This document shows, piece by piece, positions 44,012 through 53,720 of a DNA stretch of 56,427 bases. Under the pieces are notes generated by a model, which saw only the letters and a list, made by a program, of their open reading frames with translations, did no database searches and was not told where the DNA came from. The position numbers were made by a program, and so were the translations under genes. The stretch's first letter is position 1, and each line of letters begins with the position of its first letter. Origin of the DNA: a candidate division WOR-3 bacterium (lineage in GTDB: Bacteria; Hydrothermota; Tepidihabitantia; Tepidihabitantales; CAIPLT01); the NCBI GenBank assembly GCA_965649215.1, contig CBFGJZ010000004.1:16538-72964 (forward strand), written 5' to 3'.

Positions 44012-45051
44012 AAATTACCCCCTTTTCTATTTTGTCGAAGTTTATGATTTTCCAATTTCTTTTTTAATTCATCGATTGCAGAAATTAATTCTGGTGCAAC
44101 ACCCCGATATTGTGCTAAATAAAGACTAGTTAAATCTCCTTGCATAATTAACGAAAAAATTTTTGCTAAATCTGATTTACCTTGCGGAAATATTTTCTTA
44201 CTTATCACATTTGTTGACTTACCTTCGCGCCGCAAATTATTTCTCATAATATTTAAAGTAAAATCAACTCTCAATAAGTTATCCGGATGAGCATTGGGAT
44301 CAATTAATAAAATAAAATACATCGGGATTACCGTTTGTGCATTAACAATACCCATAATCTCATTATGGTTTAACTCTGGAAATATATTGGAATGAGCAAT
44401 TATCTCCGCATTTTCATTAAATTGTTTACGCCATCGTTCAGCGACCGGTAACAACAAAGAACTTGTCGCATAAATCATTGGGAACTTACCAACTAATCTG
44501 CGAGCAAAATTTTTTGCAAAATTTTCATATTGCTGACGATTTGTTAAGAGTATTTCTACCGTTTCTTGAATATCCCGCTTTAGTTTCTTAACATAACCAA
44601 GTTGAGCCATGCTTAACAATAGCGGAATAGAAAGATACCCTATTGCACAACGTGGTGATAAACCTTGAGGTATTTCAATATATTCAATGTTTTCTTTACG
44701 ACACAATCTTAATAACTCGCCACCACTAGTTACTGCAATTATACGGCAACCAATCTTTCGTGCTGATTTAAATGCAATTAAAGTCTCGTCGGTATTTCCT
44801 GAATAAGATATGACAAACATTAAACTGGCTTTAGTTACAAATGCCGGAAGATAGTAATCTTTTACTGAAATTATCGGTAGTCGCAGTTTCTTCCATAATA
44901 ATGCCTTTAAGATATCTCCCCCAATGCCAGAGCCACCCATGCCAACAACAATAACATTTTGGAAATTGATTTCTTTAATTTTCTTTAATTTGATGGGAAT
45001 TTTGCTCGCATCCTGAATTTGTTCAGGTAAATTAAAAATAATATTACGCAT
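43999..45051 (-). CDS. Bifunctional phosphoglucose/phosphomannose isomerase (SIS-domain PGI/PMI family)
   Basis: VVGMGGSGIGGDIL, ISYSGNTDETL, AVTSGG. ~350 aa, the typical size for the PGI/PMI family. Confidence 0.75.
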   Translation of the reverse strand: MRNIIFNLPEQIQDASKIPIKLKKIKEINFQNVIVVGMGGSGIGGDILKALLWKKLRLPIISVKDYYLPAFVTKASLMFVISYSGNTDETLIAFKSARKIGCRIIAVTSGGELLRLCRKENIEYIEIPQGLSPRCAIGYLSIPLLLSMAQLGYVKKLKRDIQETVEILLTNRQQYENFAKNFARRLVGKFPMIYATSSLLLPVAERWRKQFNENAEIIAHSNIFPELNHNEIMGIVNAQTVIPMYFILLIDPNAHPDNLLRVDFTLNIMRNNLRREGKSTNVISKKIFPQGKSDLAKIFSLIMQGDLTSLYLAQYRGVAPELISAIDELKKKLENHKLRQNRKGGNLCLK

Positions 45052-45058
45052 AATCTAC

Positions 45059-46900
45059 TTAAGTATTATATACTTTGCTGTTTAAATTCACATGATTAAT
45101 TGATTCAATTTTGTCTAGGAAATCTGCAAGTTCTGAATATTTTCGTCTGATCATTAATTTTATGTACTTTTCAACTTCTTCCGCAGAACTTAATTTCAAT
45201 ACTTGATCCGCTAATTCTTTAGCAAAACTAAAATCAATACTTCGTATTATTTTCTTTGCAAGCGGAATTACACCTCCCATCATTGATAATTCATCAATAC
45301 CCATTCCAACTAATACAACGATACCATAAGGATCAGCACCAAACTCACCACATAAACCTACCCAAATCTTATTATTGTGAGCAGCATCAATGGTCATTTT
45401 TATTAACGACAACACAGCGGGATTAAAACTGTGATACAATTTAGCAACCCGTTTGTTATCCCTATCAACTGCTAAGGTATATTGCGTTAAATCGTTAGAA
45501 CCGATGGAAAAGAAATTGCAATCTTTAGCGAACTTATCAGCTAAAATCACACAAGATGGTGTTTCAACCATAACCCCCAATTCGATGTTCTCATCAAAAA
45601 TTACATTTCTTGCCTTTAAATCTCTTTTTGCTTGTTCTATAAAATCTTTGGCTTGTAACAATTCATTATAATCGCTAATCATTGGTAGCATTATTTTTAT
45701 ATTACCCTTGACTGATGCTCTTAAAATGGCTCGAATTTGATTAAGAAATAATTCAGGATTATCAAAACATAATCGAATCGCCCGCCATCCTAAATAGGGA
45801 TTAGGCTCATTATAACCTGGTATAATTTTATCGCCTCCAAAATCATAAGTTCGAATAATAACAGGATCTGGTTTCATAATTTGAGCAACTGTTGCATAAA
45901 TATCAAATTGCTCATCTTCACTAATTGGCCGCCGTCGCGCTAAATAAAGATATTCGGTACGGAAAAGTCCTACTCCTCGCGCACCAATTTTTTTTGCTGA
46001 CATAGCTTCGCTAACAAATTCAATATTTGCTGAAATATCAATATGTTTACCATCTTTCGTAGTCGAATCACTTTCGGCAAATGATGCTAAATAATTCTGC
46101 TGTTTTTTAAATTCTATTTGTTCTTTTTTATATGATTCGATCCGCTTTTCTGTTGGATTTGTGATCAAAATACCTCTTGAACCATCCAAAATAACCTGAA
46201 AATCCTTGTCCTGTGTATCTTCACAAAGACTATTAATATGTTTCATCAGATTTTCAATACCAACCACTGCGGGAATTCCTTTAGCCTTAGTCATAATTGC
46301 GGTATGTGAAGTCTTTCCTCCGCCTTCAATTGCAATACCCGCAACACGATTACGGTCTAATAATGCAGCTTCAGATGGCAATAAATCGTAAGCAATAACA
46401 ATTGAACCTGCTGTTACCTCATAAATAGATGGCAATTCAACTCCTAAAATATTACTTAACACCCGGGATGACACATCCATAATATCTGCTAAACGCTCAC
46501 GAAAATAAGGAGTTTTTGCTTCATTTAAAGGTACAATATACCTGTTTAAAACTTTCGAATAGGCATATTCAGCATTCCTTCTTTCTGACTCGATAAGATT
46601 GATAGTACCGTTATATAGGTCTTGATCAAACAATAAAGCAATTTGTAGGGAGATTAATTCCGCTAAATCGCTACCCATTTCTCTTCTAATTTCTTCTCTG
46701 AGCAATTTCAGTTCCTCTTCTGTCTTTTTAACTGCGTCTTGAAAACGCTGTTTTTCCAACTCAATTTCTGATGTTTCTAATTGACGTTCCTTATAAGTTG
46801 GAATAAATCGTTGATAAATAAAAACGTTTCCAACAGCAAAACCACTTGAAACCGGGATTCCTCGTAGTATCTCTTCTTTTTTAACTATTTTCACTCTCAA
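45059..46900 (-). CDS. ptsI: Phosphoenolpyruvate-protein phosphotransferase (PTS enzyme I)
   Basis: Phospho-His region GGKTSHTAIMTKAKGIPAVVG, GLFRTEYLY, IGSNDLTQY. The start (TTG 46900 or GTG 46894) overlaps the ptsH 3' end. Confidence 0.9.
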   Translation of the reverse strand: MRVKIVKKEEILRGIPVSSGFAVGNVFIYQRFIPTYKERQLETSEIELEKQRFQDAVKKTEEELKLLREEIRREMGSDLAELISLQIALLFDQDLYNGTINLIESERRNAEYAYSKVLNRYIVPLNEAKTPYFRERLADIMDVSSRVLSNILGVELPSIYEVTAGSIVIAYDLLPSEAALLDRNRVAGIAIEGGGKTSHTAIMTKAKGIPAVVGIENLMKHINSLCEDTQDKDFQVILDGSRGILITNPTEKRIESYKKEQIEFKKQQNYLASFAESDSTTKDGKHIDISANIEFVSEAMSAKKIGARGVGLFRTEYLYLARRRPISEDEQFDIYATVAQIMKPDPVIIRTYDFGGDKIIPGYNEPNPYLGWRAIRLCFDNPELFLNQIRAILRASVKGNIKIMLPMISDYNELLQAKDFIEQAKRDLKARNVIFDENIELGVMVETPSCVILADKFAKDCNFFSIGSNDLTQYTLAVDRDNKRVAKLYHSFNPAVLSLIKMTIDAAHNNKIWVGLCGEFGADPYGIVVLVGMGIDELSMMGGVIPLAKKIIRSIDFSFAKELADQVLKLSSAEEVEKYIKLMIRRKYSELADFLDKIESINHVNLNSKVYNT

Positions 46901-47141
46901 ATATTCCTTTCAACTCATTAAATGCGTCCAATTCATCTGGTCCGTTCACTTCTAAAATAATCTCACTTCCTTGTTCCGCTGCTAATGTTAAAATTCCTAA
47001 TACACTTTTTCCATTCACCCAAATTCCGTCTTTACATAACCGTACTTTTGATTTATAGCGTTCTGCAATTTTTACGAATTGAGCTGCTGGTCTTGCATGC
47101 AGTCCTATTTCGTTCTTAATAATTATTTTTTCTTTTATCAT
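46881..47141 (-). CDS. ptsH: Phosphocarrier protein HPr
   Basis: Active-site His in NEIGLHARPAAQFV and the regulatory Ser region GKSVLGILTL; 86 aa. Confidence 0.9.
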   Translation of the reverse strand: MIKEKIIIKNEIGLHARPAAQFVKIAERYKSKVRLCKDGIWVNGKSVLGILTLAAEQGSEIILEVNGPDELDAFNELKGIFESENS

Positions 47142-47593
47142 ATTAACTTAACTGATAGAAAAATCAAGATGTTATTGTTAAATAACATAAAATTACAGAT
47201 TAATAATTAGATGCGATATATTTAAACTGATATAAAATAATTTTATAAATCTACCGTTTATCGCAATCATCATTTTTCTCTTTTACAACATTTATCACAA
47301 TTGCTGATATTATAAAATTTACTTGTTTTCTCGCATAACGCTTATTTAAAATACGTTATTTGTAAATTCCAAAATTGATATCATTATTTATAAATCCTCT
47401 TTGTTTAATACTAAAAATCTACAAACTACTTGTGACGATTTTTCTATAGTCATATCGATCATTAGTTGTTTTTATTAAAGCAATTTTTATAAAATATTAA
47501 TAAATATATGAATATTTTGAGAATTCGTCAAGATATACCAATTATTATTTTTTCTTTTTTGGGGAATTTTCAATTATAAATTATGATATTTAT

Positions 47594-50500
47594 TTAGTAA
47601 ACTACAATTTTTGCTGAAATCGGCATTGAACCGATTTTACCCCTAATAAGATAAATTCCTTTCCTTAATTTGTCTAATTTGTGTTCCTCAGAATAGGTAC
47701 CTGCTAATTGTATTTTATCAATCACTTTACAAATCTCTTGACCTGTTAGACTGTAAAGTTTTAATAAAACAACACTTTTCTCTCTCAGTTGATATTCAAT
47801 TTGTAATAAGTACTTTTGTTCGCGGTGGTAATTAATTTTATAATAAAAAGTATTTATTTCCTGTTTATTTATCATTTGGGGAACTTCTACCATTTTATTA
47901 TTTTCAATTTCGTCTTTACCACCCCAAAAAGCATACGCCCATAATTCATTAGTATTACCGCCCTTCAAAACAAAAATTGGATCATTAGAACCTGCTGCAG
48001 CGATTGCTGCACCGCTCTTAATTTTTTTATTACTTCTTCCCTTAGGAATTATAGAAATACTGTCAAAGAAATTATTGAGAATATCATAGCGCCACAATGT
48101 TTGTTTATTACCACCTAAAAAGAAATATAATGAACGTGTAAGACGGTGGTATGTTGCAGTAGCACCATTTTTAACAACATTTTTGGAACCAGGAATAGTA
48201 CACCGTGGCAACCAAGTCAAACTACTCAAATCAAAACGATGCAACTCTTTTGTTTTATTACCTTGAAAAATATAAAGTATACTTTCTGCAATATTAATAG
48301 AACCACCATGCCTAATATTATTATCTTTAAGATCTTGATAGCGTGGTATTTGTTCAACAAACCGCCAGTAATCACCTTGCGGGGCACTTTGTGGATTATA
48401 AACCAATAAATGTGGCGAGTTATTACCAACAATCGCGTATAACATACCATTGTAATTAGCATAAACAAGACCCGCGCCATCTTTCACTTTCTTAGTTTGA
48501 TATATCGAATCTCTAACTGGAGATTTAATTTCCCATCTGCGCTGATTAATATTATAAACATAAAAATCGTATTGATTACCTCCTTTCATTGCGTATATAA
48601 AATTACCCTGACCAAATGCCAATGCACAACCAGCTTTTGCTTTTTTGCCCGATGGTGCTAATGGCATTCTTGGCAATGATTCCCACTGGTCATTAACGAT
48701 ATCATAAGCCCAAAACTCATTTGTATTACCACCTTTAAGAACAAATAGTTTTCGATATTCTGGCGCATAAGCCATCGCACCATTTTTAACTTTTTTATTA
48801 TCATAGCCACTCTCAATAGGTTTCTTTAAGATCCAATTCATCACTTGAATTGTTTTTGTGATTAGGTTATTTGTTTGATTTTGGTCATGATACATATGCG
48901 TAGAACATTTCAGGATATAATTTCCAACATAAACGGTTGACCAATCGGGCATTGTAACAACCCGCTCATGATTTGGCAACAAATCATAAGTAATAACTGC
49001 TGTATCATACACAAAAAGAGATGGATTTGTTTGTTCATAAATAGTAAGAAATACTTTTATTGACTCTTCTAATTCGCTACCACAATTTATTATTTTGACT
49101 TTAGGCGTTATGGGTAAAGGTACAACCGAATCAGTTGGGCTAATAATTGTCAGTGGAGCAACATCTCGTATAAATTTATAAAACTTAATTGCTCGTCCTG
49201 AACTTAATTTATTCTCAGGCCAATTAACAATTATACTATCTGAACCATAGAGATATTGTAAACCACTTGTTCCATCCTGATTTTCAATCCCGATAGTAGC
49301 TGATTTTCCATAATCTACTTCTTGGTTATTACAAAAAACATCTTTATATTGAAAAACGATATCCCCATTCTCATAAAGAATAGCTTGAAAGTTTAATCGT
49401 TCTTGTGGATCTGTATTTTTACGCAAAACATTTTCCCATGTTATCACACAGCAATTGTATGGGGTGGCTTCAAATGCTTGATAATAAATCTTAGCCGAAC
49501 GATCAGTAGGAAAAATTAAATCATCCCAAAAAACATATAAAGCATTATTAGGATAGTTAGCATTCGGAATAGAATCATTATTGCTAATTGAAATTGAATC
49601 GTCTTGAAATAATATATATCCATCGGTTGAAACAGATAAATACTGATAGTTTGATTGGTAGTATGGAAAACTAAAAGGTAATGGAAAAACATTAACAATT
49701 GTATCGTCTCCGATATCTAAAATTAACCTTGCTGTGTTGGTAGAATGCCAATTATAAATTGGTCCATTGTTAGTATCAGAATCACACCAGGCATAACCCA
49801 AAATGACATTTTCTCTAGATGTGAACTTAGCAACTTTGTTGTTAACGATTTTTTGTTTATAATCATTATCAAGATGTTGGTCAAATAAAGAATGAACCCT
49901 TGCTGTGATTTGGACTGCTTCATTATAGATCAATGTCCACGGAAAACTTATCATGGTATCACATCCCGCTGCTAAACTTAAATTACGGCGAGTAAAACTT
50001 GCTACTACTGCACCTGGTACACCACTACTATAAGAACGAACCGTACAATATACAGAAAAATTATTTTGTGCTAATCTACCAATATTCTCAACTCGAAATA
50101 TAATCGGAGTAGTAAAATTTACTGGTCGTCTTACAAATTCATCTATCGGTTGAGAAATAAAAACCACTCGTAAATCATTATCAAAGATAAATCTTGGTCG
50201 ATACTCAACTAGCATTTGAACTAACCAATCACCTGACGGATAATCAGGAACGTAACTATCATAATAATATTTATAATAAATATTTGAGGGATTTCTCTCT
50301 TGATCATAAAATAATAACGGTGCATTAGGAGCATCTTCAACTTGCATATAAAAGATATAAATCGACCCGCTATCAATATATAATTCTTGATTAAATAAAT
50401 ATATTGTTTTCCAACCCAATATCGAATCAATAAAATTATCACTTTCAAAAATAGTCCTACCCGGCATACCATTTGGACCATTATCATCAACAATTCTAAT

Positions 50501-51592
50501 TTTATAACGATATGGCTTAATTTGATCAGGGATTCCAAGATAACATTGTACTTGGTTTATAAATGCAGGATAAAACGCAGGTGTAAACTTGCAACCGTAC
50601 CCTTGCTCACGAACAGCAAAACAACTCCCAGCAAAGGCGTCTTCATTTGTATTAAAAAGTAATTGACTCCAAGCTACAGAAAAATCTTTTTCTAATGTAT
50701 CATTGTAAATATTTTCATCGCCATCAAGTTCAGACCAAACTTTTACTTTATAAAAATTGGGAACATTAGGAAAATTACAGGAAGGCAATAAATCAACTTC
50801 TAATGTCTCACGATAAGCAATATTACTAATCAAAGCATCGGCATAACTTAATGGCACCCCTGCCCAGTTATAAACAGAACAACATACAGCAAAGTTATCA
50901 TTAATTAATAATTTACCCAAATTTGCAACTTTAACTCGGATTGTGACATTGCCAGGTGGCTGGATTGTCGTTGGTCTTAAAATCTCAATTGGTGCAATAT
51001 CTCTATCATAGATATATTCTCCGGTTAAAGATATATTATCCAAACACCAAAAATGAATATCAATAATTCGCCCTACAAAAACAAATGCCAAACGAATACT
51101 CTCCTGCTCATCTGCCCAGTCTAAATTAAAAATCTCAATATTTATAATTGAGTCATGATAATGACCAATATAATCAATAAGTTGATATGGATAAGTCTTA
51201 CCACCATCAATTGACCCAATTATCTTCGCTTGGTAATTTCCATTATTATGACGGAAAAAACTTGAGCACCGCAAACTTATATTTCGGAATCGACTGCCAT
51301 CAATTATTGGCGAAACCAAAGAATCAATGATCGTATCGCTTAATTGTTTTATTAACTCATTTGCGTAAGAGATTTTAGCATAACCAGAATTATTATTTTG
51401 CCACGTATTTGCTGAATCTCGGTGCCAATCTTCAAATCCAATAGGTTCTTGAAAATATATATGCCAATTCGAAGGTGGTGAATTAGTCGACCAGGAACTG
51501 TTAAAATCCTCTCGAAAGAAGGTACTATCCGCAAGTCCTATACTCGTAATAAGAATAACTTCGATCAATACCCGTCTAAATATCATACCCAC
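47594..51592 (-). CDS. Giant secreted multidomain protein (CARDB-like domains, six Kelch-like repeats) with T9SS C-terminal sorting domain
   Basis: Signal peptide. CARDB-like segments (IAPIEILRPTTIQPPGNVTIRVKVANLG; VAPLTIISPTDS..KVKIINCGS). Kelch-like repeats K.VKNGA....... KGGNTNEFWAYD (about nt 47950-48880). CTD tail ..LKLYSLTGQEI..LRKGIYLIRGKIG..KIVVY. Confidence 0.7.
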   Translation of the reverse strand: MGMIFRRVLIEVILITSIGLADSTFFREDFNSSWSTNSPPSNWHIYFQEPIGFEDWHRDSANTWQNNNSGYAKISYANELIKQLSDTIIDSLVSPIIDGSRFRNISLRCSSFFRHNNGNYQAKIIGSIDGGKTYPYQLIDYIGHYHDSIINIEIFNLDWADEQESIRLAFVFVGRIIDIHFWCLDNISLTGEYIYDRDIAPIEILRPTTIQPPGNVTIRVKVANLGKLLINDNFAVCCSVYNWAGVPLSYADALISNIAYRETLEVDLLPSCNFPNVPNFYKVKVWSELDGDENIYNDTLEKDFSVAWSQLLFNTNEDAFAGSCFAVREQGYGCKFTPAFYPAFINQVQCYLGIPDQIKPYRYKIRIVDDNGPNGMPGRTIFESDNFIDSILGWKTIYLFNQELYIDSGSIYIFYMQVEDAPNAPLLFYDQERNPSNIYYKYYYDSYVPDYPSGDWLVQMLVEYRPRFIFDNDLRVVFISQPIDEFVRRPVNFTTPIIFRVENIGRLAQNNFSVYCTVRSYSSGVPGAVVASFTRRNLSLAAGCDTMISFPWTLIYNEAVQITARVHSLFDQHLDNDYKQKIVNNKVAKFTSRENVILGYAWCDSDTNNGPIYNWHSTNTARLILDIGDDTIVNVFPLPFSFPYYQSNYQYLSVSTDGYILFQDDSISISNNDSIPNANYPNNALYVFWDDLIFPTDRSAKIYYQAFEATPYNCCVITWENVLRKNTDPQERLNFQAILYENGDIVFQYKDVFCNNQEVDYGKSATIGIENQDGTSGLQYLYGSDSIIVNWPENKLSSGRAIKFYKFIRDVAPLTIISPTDSVVPLPITPKVKIINCGSELEESIKVFLTIYEQTNPSLFVYDTAVITYDLLPNHERVVTMPDWSTVYVGNYILKCSTHMYHDQNQTNNLITKTIQVMNWILKKPIESGYDNKKVKNGAMAYAPEYRKLFVLKGGNTNEFWAYDIVNDQWESLPRMPLAPSGKKAKAGCALAFGQGNFIYAMKGGNQYDFYVYNINQRRWEIKSPVRDSIYQTKKVKDGAGLVYANYNGMLYAIVGNNSPHLLVYNPQSAPQGDYWRFVEQIPRYQDLKDNNIRHGGSINIAESILYIFQGNKTKELHRFDLSSLTWLPRCTIPGSKNVVKNGATATYHRLTRSLYFFLGGNKQTLWRYDILNNFFDSISIIPKGRSNKKIKSGAAIAAAGSNDPIFVLKGGNTNELWAYAFWGGKDEIENNKMVEVPQMINKQEINTFYYKINYHREQKYLLQIEYQLREKSVVLLKLYSLTGQEICKVIDKIQLAGTYSEEHKLDKLRKGIYLIRGKIGSMPISAKIVVY

Positions 51593-52056
51593 TTAACTTT
51601 CTCTTATCCCTCTTCTCTTTATTCTTTCAAAGAGTTAAAAATTGCCATCGATCCTAAAATATTATCACGGATTGATTATTTATTATTATATTTACATTAT
51701 ATCAAAACTTAACTTGTGTCAAGACTTTTATAAAAATATATAATGTTTATTTTTGTAAACCAGTCTTATATACCAAGAACTAATTACAAGACAATAAAAT
51801 GTAATCTAAATACATACAATACATAAATAGTACTTTTGAACATCTTGAAATTTCGTAAGTAATAATATAATTTCAAGTGGTAGCGTAATTGTTTATATTG
51901 ATTGTATTGATAATTGCAACTTAAAAATTACATATTTCACTTATTTAATTACCCTAAGATTTCTTATATTAATAGCAGATATCTTCGTCTTATAGTTATC
52001 TTAAATATAATGATTATATTAAATAAAATCATACCGAGTTAGCTCACTAAAATATA

Positions 52057-52085
52057 TTGACAAATACTTAAATAAATATTAATAT
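52057..52085 (+). promoter_or_regulatory. Sigma70-type promoter for pilB-pilC
   Basis: TTGACA (52057-52062), 17-nt spacer, TAATAT (52080-52085). SD AGGAAGG precedes the ATG at 52115. Confidence 0.45.
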
Positions 52086-52114
52086 TTATTAAAAAGTTAG
52101 GAAGGTAAATAAGT

Positions 52115-53698
52115 ATGGATATTAATTTACCCGATGATAATGTTGAATTATCGTATGAGAAGAGGTATGGTGTTCCATTTGTAGATTTGACCCAATTTAA
52201 ATTAGATCCTGAAATCTTAAGCAATTTTTCTGAACAATTTCTCCGCGATCATAAAGTTTGTCCTCTTTTTCGTTCTGGTAATGCATTAGCAGTAGCAATG
52301 GTTGATCCTAACGATATTATTACAATAGATGAAATTCGCAGACAAACTGGACTTGAAGTAGAAACCATGGTTTGTCGAGAAGCAGATTTATTGCAAGCAA
52401 TCTCCCAATATTACAGTACTCCAATCACACCCGCAGAAGAAGAAATATTACCCGAAGAACCAGAGATTACCACAATTGAACCTGATAGCGGTCCTGAAAT
52501 TGCAAGTGAATTTGATGCTGCTCCTCAAAAATTAGAAGAACTTGCTTCAGAAGCGCCGGTAGTCCGTTGGGTAAATCAAATGTTAATGAAAGCAGTACGA
52601 GAACGAGCTTCTGATATTCATATTGAACCAAGCCGAGATGGCATTAATATTCGTTTTCGAATAGATGGCGTTTTGCAACCGATTGCATCTCCTAAAAAGA
52701 ACTTGCAACTGGGTGTCATCTCAAGAATAAAAATTATGTCGCGTATGAATATTGCAGAAAAACGAGTTCCTCAAGATGGTCGTTATGGCGCTATTATAGA
52801 TGGACGAGAAATTGATTTTCGTGTCTCTACCTTCCCAACTACATATGGTGAAACAGTAGTTATGCGTATCTTGGACCGTATACGTCTTTTATCCTTAACC
52901 GAACTTGGCTTTTCAAAACACGATTTAGAAATCATTAAAGCAATGATTTACAAACCCCATGGTGTGATCATTGTATCTGGCCCTACTGGCAGTGGAAAGA
53001 CAACAACCCTTTATGCAATTCTAAATGAAATCCGGGGCACTGAAAAAAATATTATTACCATTGAAGACCCAGTTGAATATGATATTGACAATATTTCTCA
53101 GTCTCAAGTGAATCTCCGTGCTGGCTATACTTATTTAGTTGGTCTACGTCACATTCTAAGACAAGACCCAGATGTCATAATGATTGGTGAGGTACGTGAT
53201 GGCGAAACCGCTGGTGTCGCGATCCGCGCAGCATTAACAGGTCAATTAGTTTTTACATCGCTTCACTCTAATGACGCACCGGGAACAATAACTCGTTTGA
53301 TCGATATGGGTGTAGAACCTTTTTTGGTTGCATCCGCTGTGGAAGGCGCGATTGCCCAACGATTAGTACGTAAAATTTGCCCTAAATGTAAAGAACCGTA
53401 TGTTCCCCCAGCAAAAATACTTGTTGATTTACAACTTCCGCCAGATGCTAAATTTTTTAAGGGTAGAGGATGTAATTATTGTCGGAATACCGGTTATTCG
53501 GGTAGAATTGGTATTTTTGAAGTCTTACGTACCAATGATGAAATTCGAGATTTAGTTATTACACGTCCCACTACTTCAGCTCTGCGAAACCTAGCTCGCA
53601 AACAGGGTATGCATACCCTGTGGGAAGACGGAATTCAGAAAGTATTAGCAGGTATAACTACTCTTGACGAAGTTATGAAAGAAGCAGAAAAATTATAA
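52115..53698 (+). CDS. pilB: Type IV pilus / type II secretion assembly ATPase (GspE/PilB family)
   Basis: N-terminal T2SSE_N-type domain, Walker A SGPTGSGKTTTLYA, Asp/His boxes, and the tetracysteine motif CPKCK..CNYC. Confidence 0.85.
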   Translation: MDINLPDDNVELSYEKRYGVPFVDLTQFKLDPEILSNFSEQFLRDHKVCPLFRSGNALAVAMVDPNDIITIDEIRRQTGLEVETMVCREADLLQAISQYYSTPITPAEEEILPEEPEITTIEPDSGPEIASEFDAAPQKLEELASEAPVVRWVNQMLMKAVRERASDIHIEPSRDGINIRFRIDGVLQPIASPKKNLQLGVISRIKIMSRMNIAEKRVPQDGRYGAIIDGREIDFRVSTFPTTYGETVVMRILDRIRLLSLTELGFSKHDLEIIKAMIYKPHGVIIVSGPTGSGKTTTLYAILNEIRGTEKNIITIEDPVEYDIDNISQSQVNLRAGYTYLVGLRHILRQDPDVIMIGEVRDGETAGVAIRAALTGQLVFTSLHSNDAPGTITRLIDMGVEPFLVASAVEGAIAQRLVRKICPKCKEPYVPPAKILVDLQLPPDAKFFKGRGCNYCRNTGYSGRIGIFEVLRTNDEIRDLVITRPTTSALRNLARKQGMHTLWEDGIQKVLAGITTLDEVMKEAEKL

Positions 53699-53720
53699 AG
53701 ATTATTAGAGATGAGGAATT

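Noticed and set aside
48146-51534. Small ORFs inside the 1332-aa gene region (48146-48409, 48226-48480, 49516-49698, 49723-49923, 50221-50538, 51352-51534)
   Set aside because: They are alternative-frame or antisense shadows of the giant cargo gene.
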